A DNA stretch of 64,000 nt. Source: Dehalococcoidia bacterium. GTDB taxonomy: Bacteria > Chloroflexota > Dehalococcoidia > Bin125. A model generated the notes under the pieces. That model had not been told where the DNA came from and did not search any database. It was given only the letters and a program-made list of their open reading frames with translations. This document shows positions 9,371-18,518 of this stretch, piece after piece; position 1 is the first letter of the stretch, and each line of letters starts with the position of its first letter. The DNA lies in assembly GCA_963555985.3 (NCBI GenBank), contig OY820591.1:2368001-2432000 (forward strand), in the 5' to 3' direction. The translations under genes were made by a program, and so were the position numbers.

Positions 9371-11910
9371 CGCTCTCTGATCTTCCGCTTACCGGTTCGG
9401 TCGTCATCGACCTGAGCGACGAGTGCCTTTGCCTGGGCGCACGCTGGCTCGCCGACTTTGGCGCGGATGTGATCCGGGTCGAGGCGTCGTCGGGCGACGC
9501 GCTGCGAATCAACGGGCCGCATCTGGACGGCCGAGAGGATGTCGAGAGCGGGCTGCGGCATCTGCTTTACAACGCGGGCAAGCGCAGCCTCGCGCTGAAC
9601 TTCGATGCGCCGGGCGCCTGGGATTTGATCGATCGGTTGCTCAGCCGGGCGGATGTCGTGTTTGCACCGCTCGAGAAGTCGGCGGCGCGGCGGTTCTTCG
9701 ATCGCGAGCGATTGTTGCGAGTGCATCCTCATCTCGGCGTGATCGACGTAGTCACCCGACGCGGTGGTGAGGCATTGCCTGCGTCCGACATCGTAGGTGT
9801 CGCAGCCGGCGGTCTCATGCAAGGCCTGGGATTCCCCGACGTCGCCCCCGACTATCCGGCAGGCAAGCTGGCCTACAAGCAGGCCAGCCAGGTGGGAGCA
9901 GCGACCGCCGTCGCAATGCTGTTCGATCGCCAGGCTGGCACCCGTGCCAGTCACGCTTACATCTCGCTCCAAGAAGCGATCCTCTCGACCACGATCCACT
10001 TCGCTAACGAGAACCTGTGGCGTCAGATGGGCGAGAAGGCGTTTCGTCCTGGCGGTGAGATCTCGTCTCTCGTGCAGGCCAAGGACGGCGAATGGCTGAC
10101 ATTTGGGATCACGCCCAACACGCACGATCGCTGGGCGGCGTTTGGGCAGTGGCTCTATGAGCGATCTGGATACGACGGTCTGATCGGGGCGGAGTATCCG
10201 GGCGATATCTACATCCCGGAGTGGGGCGGCGAGACGCATCGGGCGTTCCAACAAGCCTGTGCGTCGCTGGACAGAGAAGAACTGTGTTACGAGGGTCAGT
10301 CGCGGGGGTTCCTGGCGGTGCCGGTCAACTCGGCGCGGGACATTGTTGAGGATCCGCATCTGCATGAGCGGGGCGCGTTCCTGGCGGTGGAGCATCCGCA
10401 GTTTGAGCGGAGCATTGATTTGCCGCGTCTGCCGATTCACTCGACGGAGTATGAGCCGGTCGGCCGGCCGGCGCCGGCCCTCGGTGCGGATTCGGCGGAT
10501 GTGTTGGCTGAACTCCTACACATCGATGCCGAGGGGTATGGTCGTCTACTCGCGAACGGTCTGGTCGCAGGGCCACCCGTCCCCGCCTCCGAGCGGGGAC
10601 CCGTTCCCCCTCCGCGCGAGGTACCTCAGCAGATAGCGAGCGAGGCGTCGAACGGGTCCCCGATTGAATCGGGGACGGGAACCTCGGGACAGCGCGACGC
10701 CATCGACCGAGACGACTTACCGCTCAAGGGCATCCGCGTGATTGATTTCTGCTGGCAGGCGGCGGGGCCGTTGACCACGGAGTTGATGGCCAATCTGGGC
10801 GCGGATGTGATCAAGATCGAGTCGGACGCTCGGATCGACACGCTGCGGGTGGCGCTGCCGGCGCATGATCCGCCGACGATTGAGACCGGCGCGTTCTTCC
10901 AGGACTGCAACACCGACAAGCGCAGCATCAACCTGAATCTTGGAGCTCCCGACGGGTTGCGCGTGGCCTACGACCTGATCCGCGAGGCGGATGTGGTGAC
11001 CGACAACTTCACCGGCGGCGTGATGAAGCGACTCGGTTTGGGCTACGACGACCTGAAACAGATCAACCCGCGCATCGTCGTTTGCAGCTTGCCGGTGATG
11101 GGTACCTGGGGTCCGAAGGCGTCGTGGAAGGGGATTGGTAACAGCGTGGTCGCGCTCTGCGGGTTGGCGGCCCACACCGGCGCGGCCGATCGCAAGCCGA
11201 CCGGCGTGCTGCTGCATACGGACTTCACGCTCGGACCGTTGGCGGCGGCGGCGATCGTCTCCGCGCTGATCCAACGCGAGCGCACCGGCGTTGGCCAGGA
11301 GATTGAGATTCCGCAGTATGAGGCGGGGATTCATCTGCTCGACACCGAGCTCATCGAGCAATTGGCAAATGGCGTCACACCGAAGCGGCGCGGCAACCGC
11401 TCGCCGGAGATGGCGCCGCACGGTCTCTTCCGCTGCGCCGGCGACGATCGCTGGCTCGCGCTGGCCGTCCGCAACACGGTCGATTGGCTCGAGCTGTGCC
11501 GGGTGATCGGTCGTGACGATCTGGCTGCGCGCGACGATCTACGCACACTGGAGGGTCGCAAGACGGCAGAAGACGAGCTCGAGGCGGCGATCAGCGCTTG
11601 GACGTGTGGTCAGGATGTCTGGGAGGCAACCGACTTACTGCAACAGGCAGGCATCCCGGCGGGGCCGAACGAGGACATTGAGGATCTGGTCGAAACCGAT
11701 CTCTCGATACGCGGGTTCTTCCACGAGTTCGATCATCCGGTAGGGATCAAGTTCATGGCGCAGAACCAACCGTTCCTCTGGAACGGCAAACGGCTCCCGA
11801 TCCGGCGAGCGCCCTTCTTCGGCGAGCACAACGAGCAGGTCTACCGCAACGAGTTGGGCTTGAGTGAGGAAGAAGTCACGCAACTAATCATCAATGAAGT
11901 GATCCGCTAG
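9367..11910 (+). CDS. Fused two-domain family III (CaiB/BaiF) CoA-transferase
   Basis: Two LADFGADVIRVE / MANLGADVIKIE modules, NAGKRS and NTDKRS, AP.LG..(S/N) termini. Confidence 0.92.
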   Translation: MTLSDLPLTGSVVIDLSDECLCLGARWLADFGADVIRVEASSGDALRINGPHLDGREDVESGLRHLLYNAGKRSLALNFDAPGAWDLIDRLLSRADVVFAPLEKSAARRFFDRERLLRVHPHLGVIDVVTRRGGEALPASDIVGVAAGGLMQGLGFPDVAPDYPAGKLAYKQASQVGAATAVAMLFDRQAGTRASHAYISLQEAILSTTIHFANENLWRQMGEKAFRPGGEISSLVQAKDGEWLTFGITPNTHDRWAAFGQWLYERSGYDGLIGAEYPGDIYIPEWGGETHRAFQQACASLDREELCYEGQSRGFLAVPVNSARDIVEDPHLHERGAFLAVEHPQFERSIDLPRLPIHSTEYEPVGRPAPALGADSADVLAELLHIDAEGYGRLLANGLVAGPPVPASERGPVPPPREVPQQIASEASNGSPIESGTGTSGQRDAIDRDDLPLKGIRVIDFCWQAAGPLTTELMANLGADVIKIESDARIDTLRVALPAHDPPTIETGAFFQDCNTDKRSINLNLGAPDGLRVAYDLIREADVVTDNFTGGVMKRLGLGYDDLKQINPRIVVCSLPVMGTWGPKASWKGIGNSVVALCGLAAHTGAADRKPTGVLLHTDFTLGPLAAAAIVSALIQRERTGVGQEIEIPQYEAGIHLLDTELIEQLANGVTPKRRGNRSPEMAPHGLFRCAGDDRWLALAVRNTVDWLELCRVIGRDDLAARDDLRTLEGRKTAEDELEAAISAWTCGQDVWEATDLLQQAGIPAGPNEDIEDLVETDLSIRGFFHEFDHPVGIKFMAQNQPFLWNGKRLPIRRAPFFGEHNEQVYRNELGLSEEEVTQLIINEVIR
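10576..10679. repeat. Inverted pair of GTCCCCG hairpins inside the CoA-transferase linker
   Basis: CCCGTCCCCGCCTCCGAGCGGGGACCCGTTC ... GAACGGGTCCCCGATTGAATCGGGGACGGG. Left arm is the reverse complement of 3601-3631 with 3 mismatches. Confidence 0.8.
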
Positions 11911-11977
11911 CGCGCCTTCAAATTGACGGTCGCCAGGCCAATCTTTGATCGTCACTCTCGCCATTGTCGCACCGACA

Positions 11978-12110
11978 CCGTCATACCCGCGCTTGCCGCG
12001 GGTATGACGGTGAGTCGAGCACGGAGGTCGTCGCCAACACTGCGAGATTGCCGCGACGGAGCGCGGCAATGACGGAACTATCGACTCGCGCGCAAGTCTC
12101 CAGAGAGGGA
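11978..12110. repeat. REP-doublet-like element (GTCATACCCGCG / CGCGGCAATGAC family)
   Basis: CCGTCATACCCGCGCTTGCCGCGGGTATGACGG ... GAGATTGCCGCGACGGAGCGCGGCAATGACGG ... GCAAGTCTC, between convergent genes. Confidence 0.85.
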
Positions 12111-12137
12111 AGTGGGTATACCCGCAGCTCCCTTGAG

Positions 12138-13253
12138 CTACGGATTGAAGAGACCTTCCGCCTCAGCGTCGTTGCCGATCTCCCGAATCAGGCCCAGAAA
12201 GTCGGCCAGAGAACCAGCCCGATCGCGCAGCGCAAACAGCCGCTCGCCCCAGGGCGTGGTTGAGGCGGGATTCGCGCCGTAGGCGCCGCTAAACGCAAAA
12301 TAGGCCTGGTTGATACGGCGAATGTTCCTGCCCATCTCTACCAGCCGGAGGCGTGTTTCCTCCATCAGCGCCTCAGCCGCTGCGATCTCTCCCTGCTCGA
12401 GCAACGCATCCACTTCGAGTCTCAGTGTCCGCAGGATCGGATCGGTCGCGGAGCGAATGGCCTCCCGCGCGGCTGCCTCCGCGCGCGCCGCTGCGGACAG
12501 CGGCTGCGGATATCGCGCAGTCGTGAGTTCAGCCAGTTCGTCGCCCACGATGTCGCTCGCCGTTTCGTTGATCGTGCGCATCGTGCCGCTCCGCGCGTAG
12601 GCCTGTCCGAGCGGATAGAAGGCGAGATAATGGTGCGACCATTCATGCGCGATCAGTTGCAGCGCAGACCGATAGTCCCGTGTGCTCACGACCAGCGCTG
12701 GATACAAGGCGACCCCGCCCACAGTTGTCACCAGCGCCGAGCGTTGGCGATCAGCTTCGATCGCCGACTCGATCGCCGCGAAATCGCCGCGCGGAAGTTC
12801 GGCTTCGAGTAGCACGGACGCCGTCAACCGAATTTCCTCGCGGGGCGAGACCGCGAGTACCCGCAAGGGAGGCTTGAACTCAATGTCGACCGGAGGCCAG
12901 ACGACGTGCTGATGCTTGAACAGCGGCAGCGGCGTCGCAAGCCCGGCGGCGCGAATCGCTTCGCTCAGACGCCGTTCGAGGATGCGCTCGACGCGATTGG
13001 CGTCGTTGGCCGGCCGCGACTCGAACCAGCGCGCCAGGATCGCCTCTTCGTCTTCTTCGCTCCCGTCAAACCACTCTGCAACCTGCGTCAACCAGTGATT
13101 GGGCAGGTGCGAGAGCTCGTATTCGAGCAAGCTGAAGCGGTGTTCACGTGTCGCGTCCGCGATCGACGTATTGGCCGCGACCCGGATCGTGACGACCGCG
13201 ATCACGGCGGCGCTGAGCGCAACCAGCGCCCCGGCGGTGAGCGTGCGCCTCAT
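12138..13253 (-). CDS. Membrane-anchored/secreted putative gluzincin Zn metallopeptidase
   Basis: N-terminal hydrophobic helix, IAHEWSHH (HExxH) with downstream INET glutamate. Confidence 0.6.
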   Translation of the reverse strand: MRRTLTAGALVALSAAVIAVVTIRVAANTSIADATREHRFSLLEYELSHLPNHWLTQVAEWFDGSEEDEEAILARWFESRPANDANRVERILERRLSEAIRAAGLATPLPLFKHQHVVWPPVDIEFKPPLRVLAVSPREEIRLTASVLLEAELPRGDFAAIESAIEADRQRSALVTTVGGVALYPALVVSTRDYRSALQLIAHEWSHHYLAFYPLGQAYARSGTMRTINETASDIVGDELAELTTARYPQPLSAAARAEAAAREAIRSATDPILRTLRLEVDALLEQGEIAAAEALMEETRLRLVEMGRNIRRINQAYFAFSGAYGANPASTTPWGERLFALRDRAGSLADFLGLIREIGNDAEAEGLFNP

Positions 13254-13302
13254 CGTTCGATGGTACGCTCGTGGCCGGATGGCGGTGCGACGAGGCGGCG
13301 CG

Positions 13303-13728
13303 ATGGCGGACACGGACTGGCGACCCGCCCGGCGTGAAGCGAAGGCGGTCGCAGGCGCGATTGATCTAGTCGTCGTGGCGCTGCTCGGAGCAGTCTTCGC
13401 CATGCTGGGCTTCCTGATCATGCTGATTCAGGTCAATCCGCTGGAGCGCGACCCCACCGGCGGTGAGTGGGCGCTGGGCTATGCGATCTGGCTGCTCTGG
13501 ATCCCGGCCGCGGCGATCTATGCCGCGCTCGGAGACTGGACGCTCGGCGCGCGCATGATCGGTCTGCGCCTAGAGCGGCGACGCTGGGACGCGCTCGCTC
13601 TGCGCGGACTGCTCTGGTGGCCGTCCCTGATTGCACTCGGCGTGGGCCTGTGGTGGAGCTGGGTCGACCGCGAGGGACGCAGCCCGGCGGATATCGTCAG
13701 CGGCGCGGGGATGCTCGAGCGGCGGTGA
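13303..13728 (+). CDS. RDD-family membrane protein
   Basis: AGAID, TLGARMIGLR, DREGRSPADIVSG, TM segments. Confidence 0.72.
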   Translation: MADTDWRPARREAKAVAGAIDLVVVALLGAVFAMLGFLIMLIQVNPLERDPTGGEWALGYAIWLLWIPAAAIYAALGDWTLGARMIGLRLERRRWDALALRGLLWWPSLIALGVGLWWSWVDREGRSPADIVSGAGMLERR

Positions 13729-14576
13729 GTACCCTCCAGCTGCCGCCGCAGCCCGCGCGCCGCTTGACGGCGCGATCACGGGAGACCGTACGCGAGCGGC
13801 GTTGGCGCTGGTGGCTGCTCGGCCTGCTTGCCGCCCTCACCGCCGTCGTAACCGCAGCGGCAGTGGTCTGTTTCTCCGCGATGCAGCTCAGCGAACGCGG
13901 CAACGCTGAGACGCTCATGACCCGAGTCGTGCGTGCCCTGCTGGAGCCGGACCGCTACGTCGCCAATGCATGGCCACGCTTCACGGAAGAGGCGAGCAGC
14001 GGCGCGCCGATCCCGCTGAGCGGCTGGCCGCTCGAACTCACGCTCGCGCCGGGGGCGCTGGAGCAAGGGCAGCAGGCTGTCTCGGATGCCCTCACCGCGA
14101 CAACTGCTCGCACGCTCTATGAGCACGGCTTCGACGCCCTCCAAGATCAACCCCAGGCGAGTCGCCTGTTCTCGCAGGCATCCGCCTTCAGTTCCACCGT
14201 TGGCCGGCTGACCAGCGGCGGACACGCCGTTGCGACCGTTGCGCTAGTGGTGTCCGTTGCTCTCTTGGTCGGGCTCGCCCTCGCCACCGCCGCGCAGGCG
14301 CGCGGAATGGGGCGGCTCGCCGCGCCGGGCATCGCCGTCGCTGTAGGCGCAGCGGTGTTGTTGCTCGGAGCGGAGATCGCAGAATCGGCTTTCGGAGATC
14401 GCGCGAACGCAAGTCTCGATCCGTTTATGACCGACATGTGGATGATCGCTGCCGACGCGACCGCCGTCGTCAGCCGCAACGCGCGGATTGCCGCTCTCTT
14501 CGGCGGCGCGCTCAGCCTGATTGCCCTCTTCGGCTGGATGGCGTTGCTCTGGCTTGACGACCGGCGCGCACGTTGA
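13725..14576 (+). CDS. Hypothetical membrane protein
   Basis: GTG overlaps the upstream stop (GTGA). One N-terminal and about three C-terminal TM helices. Confidence 0.65.
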   Translation: MSTLQLPPQPARRLTARSRETVRERRWRWWLLGLLAALTAVVTAAAVVCFSAMQLSERGNAETLMTRVVRALLEPDRYVANAWPRFTEEASSGAPIPLSGWPLELTLAPGALEQGQQAVSDALTATTARTLYEHGFDALQDQPQASRLFSQASAFSSTVGRLTSGGHAVATVALVVSVALLVGLALATAAQARGMGRLAAPGIAVAVGAAVLLLGAEIAESAFGDRANASLDPFMTDMWMIAADATAVVSRNARIAALFGGALSLIALFGWMALLWLDDRRAR

Positions 14577-14616
14577 GCCGTGTCCGCTCCGCAACTCTCC
14601 CGCGAGCGGGACTGCC

Positions 14617-14626
14617 TGTGTACGAT
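14617..14626 (+). promoter_or_regulatory. Extended -10 promoter element for tRNA-Gly
   Basis: TGTG-TACGAT about 15 nt upstream of the tRNA. Confidence 0.4.
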
Positions 14627-14641
14627 GCAGAGAGCATGAGT

Positions 14642-14716
14642 GCGGGAGTAGCTCAGTGGTAGAGCATCTGCTTCCCAAGCAGAGGGTCGCGGGTTCGAAT
14701 CCCGTCTCCCGCTCCA
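14642..14716 (+). tRNA. tRNA-Gly(CCC)
   Basis: GCGGGAG/CTCCCGC acceptor stem, AGCTCAGTGGTAGAGC D-arm, TCTGC-TTCCCAA-GCAGA anticodon arm, GGTTCGAATCCC T-arm, encoded CCA. Confidence 0.97.
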
Positions 14717-14758
14717 GCACGTGAGCTGTCGAACAGACTGAATCAGTGAGGTAGACCG

Positions 14759-15940
14759 ATGGAACTGCGATTTTCCGAGGCCGAGGAAACCCTGCGCGGC
14801 GAGGTCCGACAATTCCTGCTCGACCACATCCCCGAACCCGCTTCCAGCGAAGGTCCCGGCGGCGCCCGCGAGAACGATGAGGACTTCGAGAACGCCAAGG
14901 CCTTCAACACCAAGCTCGCCGAGCGCGGCTGGATTGCTCCCGCCTGGCCCAAGGAATACGGCGGTCTGGGCGCCTCGATCTACGAGCAGATCGTCTTCAA
15001 CGAGGAGTTCGGCTACCACGGCGCGCCCGACACCGGCACCCGCGGCTTCGGCGTCGGCATGATCGGCCCGACTCTGATCATCCACGGCTCCGACGAGCAG
15101 AAGGAGCAGTACCTGCCCAAGATCACCTCCGGCGAGCACATCTGGTGCCAGGGCTACTCCGAGCCCGGCTCCGGCTCCGACCTCGCCTCGCTCCAGACTC
15201 GCGCCGTCCGCGACGGCGACGACTACATCATCAACGGCCAGAAAATCTGGACCTCCGGCGGTCACCGCGCCAATCAGATGTTCTGCCTCGTCCGCACTGA
15301 CCCCGACGCGCCCAAGCACCGCGGCATCTCCTTCCTCTTGATCGACGACATCAAGAACACCCCCGGCCTCTCCGTCCGACCGCTGATCAACATGGCCGGC
15401 CGCCACCACTTCAACGAGGTCTTCTTCGAGGACGTCCGCGTCCCCGCCAAGAACCGCATCGGCGAAGAGAACCGCGGCTGGTACGTCGGCATGACCCTGC
15501 TCGACTTCGAGCGCTCCGGCATCGGCACCACCGCCGGCCAGCGCCGCACCCTCGAAGGCATGACCGAAGAGCTCCAGAACGACGCCGCCGAGAGCCGCAA
15601 CCGCTACCGCCTCGGTCTCGCCGATCTCGTCGTCGCCAACAACGTGGCCAAGTACCTCGGCTACCGGATCGGCCACATCCAGGCCTCCGGCGAGGTACCG
15701 AACTACGAGGCCTCCGTGATCAAGATCTTCCAGTCCGAGCTGGGCCAGAAGATCTACAACTACGGCATCAGCATGTTCGGCCTCAGCGGCCAACTCATCC
15801 CCGAAGAGCCGACCGCCCCTTGGGCCGGAGACATGCCCGAGCAATACCTCCTGGCCGTCCCCAGCACGATCTACTCCGGCACCAACGAGATCCAGAGAAA
15901 CATCATCGCGACTCGTGGTCTGGGATTGCCGCGCAGCTAG
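14759..15940 (+). CDS. Acyl-CoA dehydrogenase (FadE26/FadE29-like)
   Basis: WCQGYSEPGSGSDLASL, NGQKIWTS, FNEVFFEDVRVP, IYSGTNEIQRNII. Confidence 0.95.
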   Translation: MELRFSEAEETLRGEVRQFLLDHIPEPASSEGPGGARENDEDFENAKAFNTKLAERGWIAPAWPKEYGGLGASIYEQIVFNEEFGYHGAPDTGTRGFGVGMIGPTLIIHGSDEQKEQYLPKITSGEHIWCQGYSEPGSGSDLASLQTRAVRDGDDYIINGQKIWTSGGHRANQMFCLVRTDPDAPKHRGISFLLIDDIKNTPGLSVRPLINMAGRHHFNEVFFEDVRVPAKNRIGEENRGWYVGMTLLDFERSGIGTTAGQRRTLEGMTEELQNDAAESRNRYRLGLADLVVANNVAKYLGYRIGHIQASGEVPNYEASVIKIFQSELGQKIYNYGISMFGLSGQLIPEEPTAPWAGDMPEQYLLAVPSTIYSGTNEIQRNIIATRGLGLPRS

Positions 15941-15968
15941 CCCCGCAAGCGTCGCAGAGGAGCGCGAG

Positions 15969-16364
15969 GTGGAGATCACCTACGCCGTCCTCTGCGACGC
16001 CGCCAACCTCAGCGACGACGGCCGACTCAACGTGCTGGGCGCGTTCAATGTGCTGTACGCGGAGGACTTTCCTCACGTTCATCCGGCGATGTCTCTGGCG
16101 CTGCAGTTCGAGGTGGAGCCCGATGACGCCGATCAAGTGCATGAATTCACGTTGCAACTGGTGGATCCCGACGGCGACCTGACCCACGAAAGCTCCGTCT
16201 TTGTCGAGACCATCGGGTCAGTGAATGAGGGCCGGGCGTATCGGGTGCCATCCTTCGAGAAGATTGGGAATGCCTGGCATCCGACACCTGGGGACTATGA
16301 ACTGCGTATCCTCTACCAAGGTGGCCTCATGGCGATTGTCCCATACGAGGTCCTGCGCCTGTGA
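15969..16364 (+). CDS. DUF6941-like small beta-rich protein
   Basis: LCDAA...GRLNVLGAF...P, LVDPDG, PGDY pattern. GAGGAG RBS. Confidence 0.7.
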   Translation: MEITYAVLCDAANLSDDGRLNVLGAFNVLYAEDFPHVHPAMSLALQFEVEPDDADQVHEFTLQLVDPDGDLTHESSVFVETIGSVNEGRAYRVPSFEKIGNAWHPTPGDYELRILYQGGLMAIVPYEVLRL

Positions 16365-16615
16365 CGTCTTGGGAGGAGAGTCAAGTGCCAGAGGAACGTT
16401 GGCCGCCAACGCCGATCCGCATGAAGTCGACCCGTCGCCGCGTGAACTTCAAGCGAGGATATGGCTATGTCGGCACGCACTCGCCAGAACGCGATGATCA
16501 CGTGAAGATGTTGTTCAAGAACGCCAGCGAGTACGAGCACTTCATCCTCTCGGAAGCAGAGCGTATTCGCGGGCGGGATCGTCAAGGCGATTCTAGTGGG
16601 GAGGCTGCCGGCTGA
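16361..16615 (+). CDS. Small hypothetical protein
   Basis: GTGA overlap with the upstream gene, 84 aa, no recognisable motif. Confidence 0.4.
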   Translation: MTSWEESQVPEERWPPTPIRMKSTRRRVNFKRGYGYVGTHSPERDDHVKMLFKNASEYEHFILSEAERIRGRDRQGDSSGEAAG

Positions 16616-16627
16616 GATCCTGTGTTG

Positions 16628-17590
16628 CTAGGCGGACGTGTCGTCAACGCCGCAGAGCGAACCAAACACGGGCGGATTCCGCTCCGCCTGGTCATCGCCA
16701 ACCTCAATGCGATACTCGCTCAGTTCGGAGTCCCGGCTGGCGTAGATCACTTGCATGGTCCCGTCGGCCTCGGCGGCGATTGGGGCGTTGAGCGAGAACG
16801 CGATGCTCCCCTTGCTGGCGCTCGGCACGGCTTCGTCGTCCAAGACCCAGATGGCTGCTATTGAGCGGTCACCTGCTGATCCCGCGTCCGGCCACACCAG
16901 GATCGCCCCGTCGCCGAGCGCCCGATCGACCAACGTCAACACCCAGGGATGCACCACCGCCTCTTCCCAAAGCCGGCCGCAACCCTCGACCTCTCGCAAC
17001 TCATCAGCCATCTCGCCTGTGAACGCGCTCTCGAGAACTGTGTAGCCCTTGCTCTCTAATTCCTCAACATTCGAGCGCAGCCCATAGTGCTCAATCCGAT
17101 GCTCGACATCCGGATTGTTGATCGTCCGCCGCGCCATGTGATCGTGCAAACCGCCCAGAAACGGCAGCAGCGGCGCATGAGACGGAAACGATCCCTTCAT
17201 CTGCACCGGCTTGTCCCGCGACAAGAATCCGTACTCCCGCTGCGCCCGCGCCTGAATCGCCGCGTCGCCCCCATAGATCGTCCAGCCGATCGGCAGGATC
17301 GCGTTGTAGTCTCCGTCGATCTCAGTGTCCGCTTCGGCGGCAGGTCCGGGACCGACCTCGATCTGCCCCCCGGAGATCGTGAACCAAAAGCCTGCCACGT
17401 TGTCCTGGAATCCGAGGTGCGGCGGCGCGTGCTGCCAGCGTTCGGTCACCGACCACTCAACTCCATCTAGGGCTTCGGGATGTTTGGCGGCCTGCTCCTG
17501 CAAGTAGCGTTCCGCCTCCGCGCACCATTCGCGCGAGGCAAACTCCACCTGCTCGCTCGGGGGCACGGTCGGCTTCGTCCAAGCGGTCAT
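16628..17590 (-). CDS. SCP2-like domain fused to a degenerate PhyH-like domain
   Basis: EFASREW...ADTEIDGDY (SCP2-like), then VEELESKGYTVLE...EEAVVHPWVL (PhyH N-terminus). Confidence 0.55.
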   Translation of the reverse strand: MTAWTKPTVPPSEQVEFASREWCAEAERYLQEQAAKHPEALDGVEWSVTERWQHAPPHLGFQDNVAGFWFTISGGQIEVGPGPAAEADTEIDGDYNAILPIGWTIYGGDAAIQARAQREYGFLSRDKPVQMKGSFPSHAPLLPFLGGLHDHMARRTINNPDVEHRIEHYGLRSNVEELESKGYTVLESAFTGEMADELREVEGCGRLWEEAVVHPWVLTLVDRALGDGAILVWPDAGSAGDRSIAAIWVLDDEAVPSASKGSIAFSLNAPIAAEADGTMQVIYASRDSELSEYRIEVGDDQAERNPPVFGSLCGVDDTSA

Positions 17591-17693
17591 CTTGATCTCC
17601 CGTCCATCTTCCCGCGAACATAGCGAACTCCAGGCAGACTGCGCTTATCTTCCCCCATGAGCGGGTGATCAGCCCCCGCCGAGGGAGACTCAT

Positions 17694-18482
17694 ATGCCCG
17701 AGCCGCCACTGCTCTTTGAGAAAGACCCGGCCAAACGCCGCGCCCTGATGACCTTCAACCGCCCCGAGCGGATGAACGCCATGTCGCCCGACCTCCAGGT
17801 GCTCATGCGTGAGGCAATCGAGGAGTTCAAGAACGATCCCGACCTCTGGGTCCTGATCGTCACCGGCGCCGGCGAGCGCGCCTTCTGCGCCGGCGCCGAC
17901 TTGGGCAGCACCATCCCCAACGCCACCGAGGCCGCGCGCGACGAGCCGCTCAAGGTCAACGAGACCCGCAACCTGCACGACGTGCACAAGCCGGTCATCG
18001 CCGCCGTCAACGGCTACTGCATCGCCGGCGGACTCGAATTCATGCTCGGCACCGACATTCGCGTCGCCGCCGAGCACGCCGAGTTCGGCCTCCAGGAAGT
18101 GCGCTGGGGCATCATCCCGATCGGCGGCTCGCACATCCGCCTGCCGCGACAGATTCCCTGGTGCTGGGCGATGGAAATCCTCCTCACCGGACGCCGCCTG
18201 TCGGCGCGGGAAGCGTTGCAGTGCGGGCTGATCAACCGCGTCGTCCCCGCCGATCAGCTGATGGAGACCGCTAACGGCATCGCCGATCTGATCTGTCGCA
18301 ACGGCCCCCTCGCCGTGCGCACGGCAAAGGAGATCGCCGTGCGCGGCGCGATGGGTATGTCCTGGGAGCAAGCCTGGAGCCTGGAATCCCTGCTCGGCGC
18401 TCGCGCCTTCGGCAGCGAAGACGCAATCGAGGGACCCAGAGCGTTCATGGAGAAGCGCGATCCAGTCTTCAAGGGCCGCTAG
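17694..18482 (+). CDS. Enoyl-CoA hydratase, copy 1
   Basis: FCAGADL, AGGLE, FGLQE, EGPRAFMEKR.P.FKGR. Confidence 0.93.
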   Translation: MPEPPLLFEKDPAKRRALMTFNRPERMNAMSPDLQVLMREAIEEFKNDPDLWVLIVTGAGERAFCAGADLGSTIPNATEAARDEPLKVNETRNLHDVHKPVIAAVNGYCIAGGLEFMLGTDIRVAAEHAEFGLQEVRWGIIPIGGSHIRLPRQIPWCWAMEILLTGRRLSAREALQCGLINRVVPADQLMETANGIADLICRNGPLAVRTAKEIAVRGAMGMSWEQAWSLESLLGARAFGSEDAIEGPRAFMEKRDPVFKGR

Positions 18483-18518
18483 GCCGATCCGCTCAAATCC
18501 GAAGTGAGGAGATTATCG

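Noticed and set aside
14642-14716. tRNA-Gly as a genomic-island attachment site
   Set aside because: No integrase and no duplicated tRNA 3' end seen in the window
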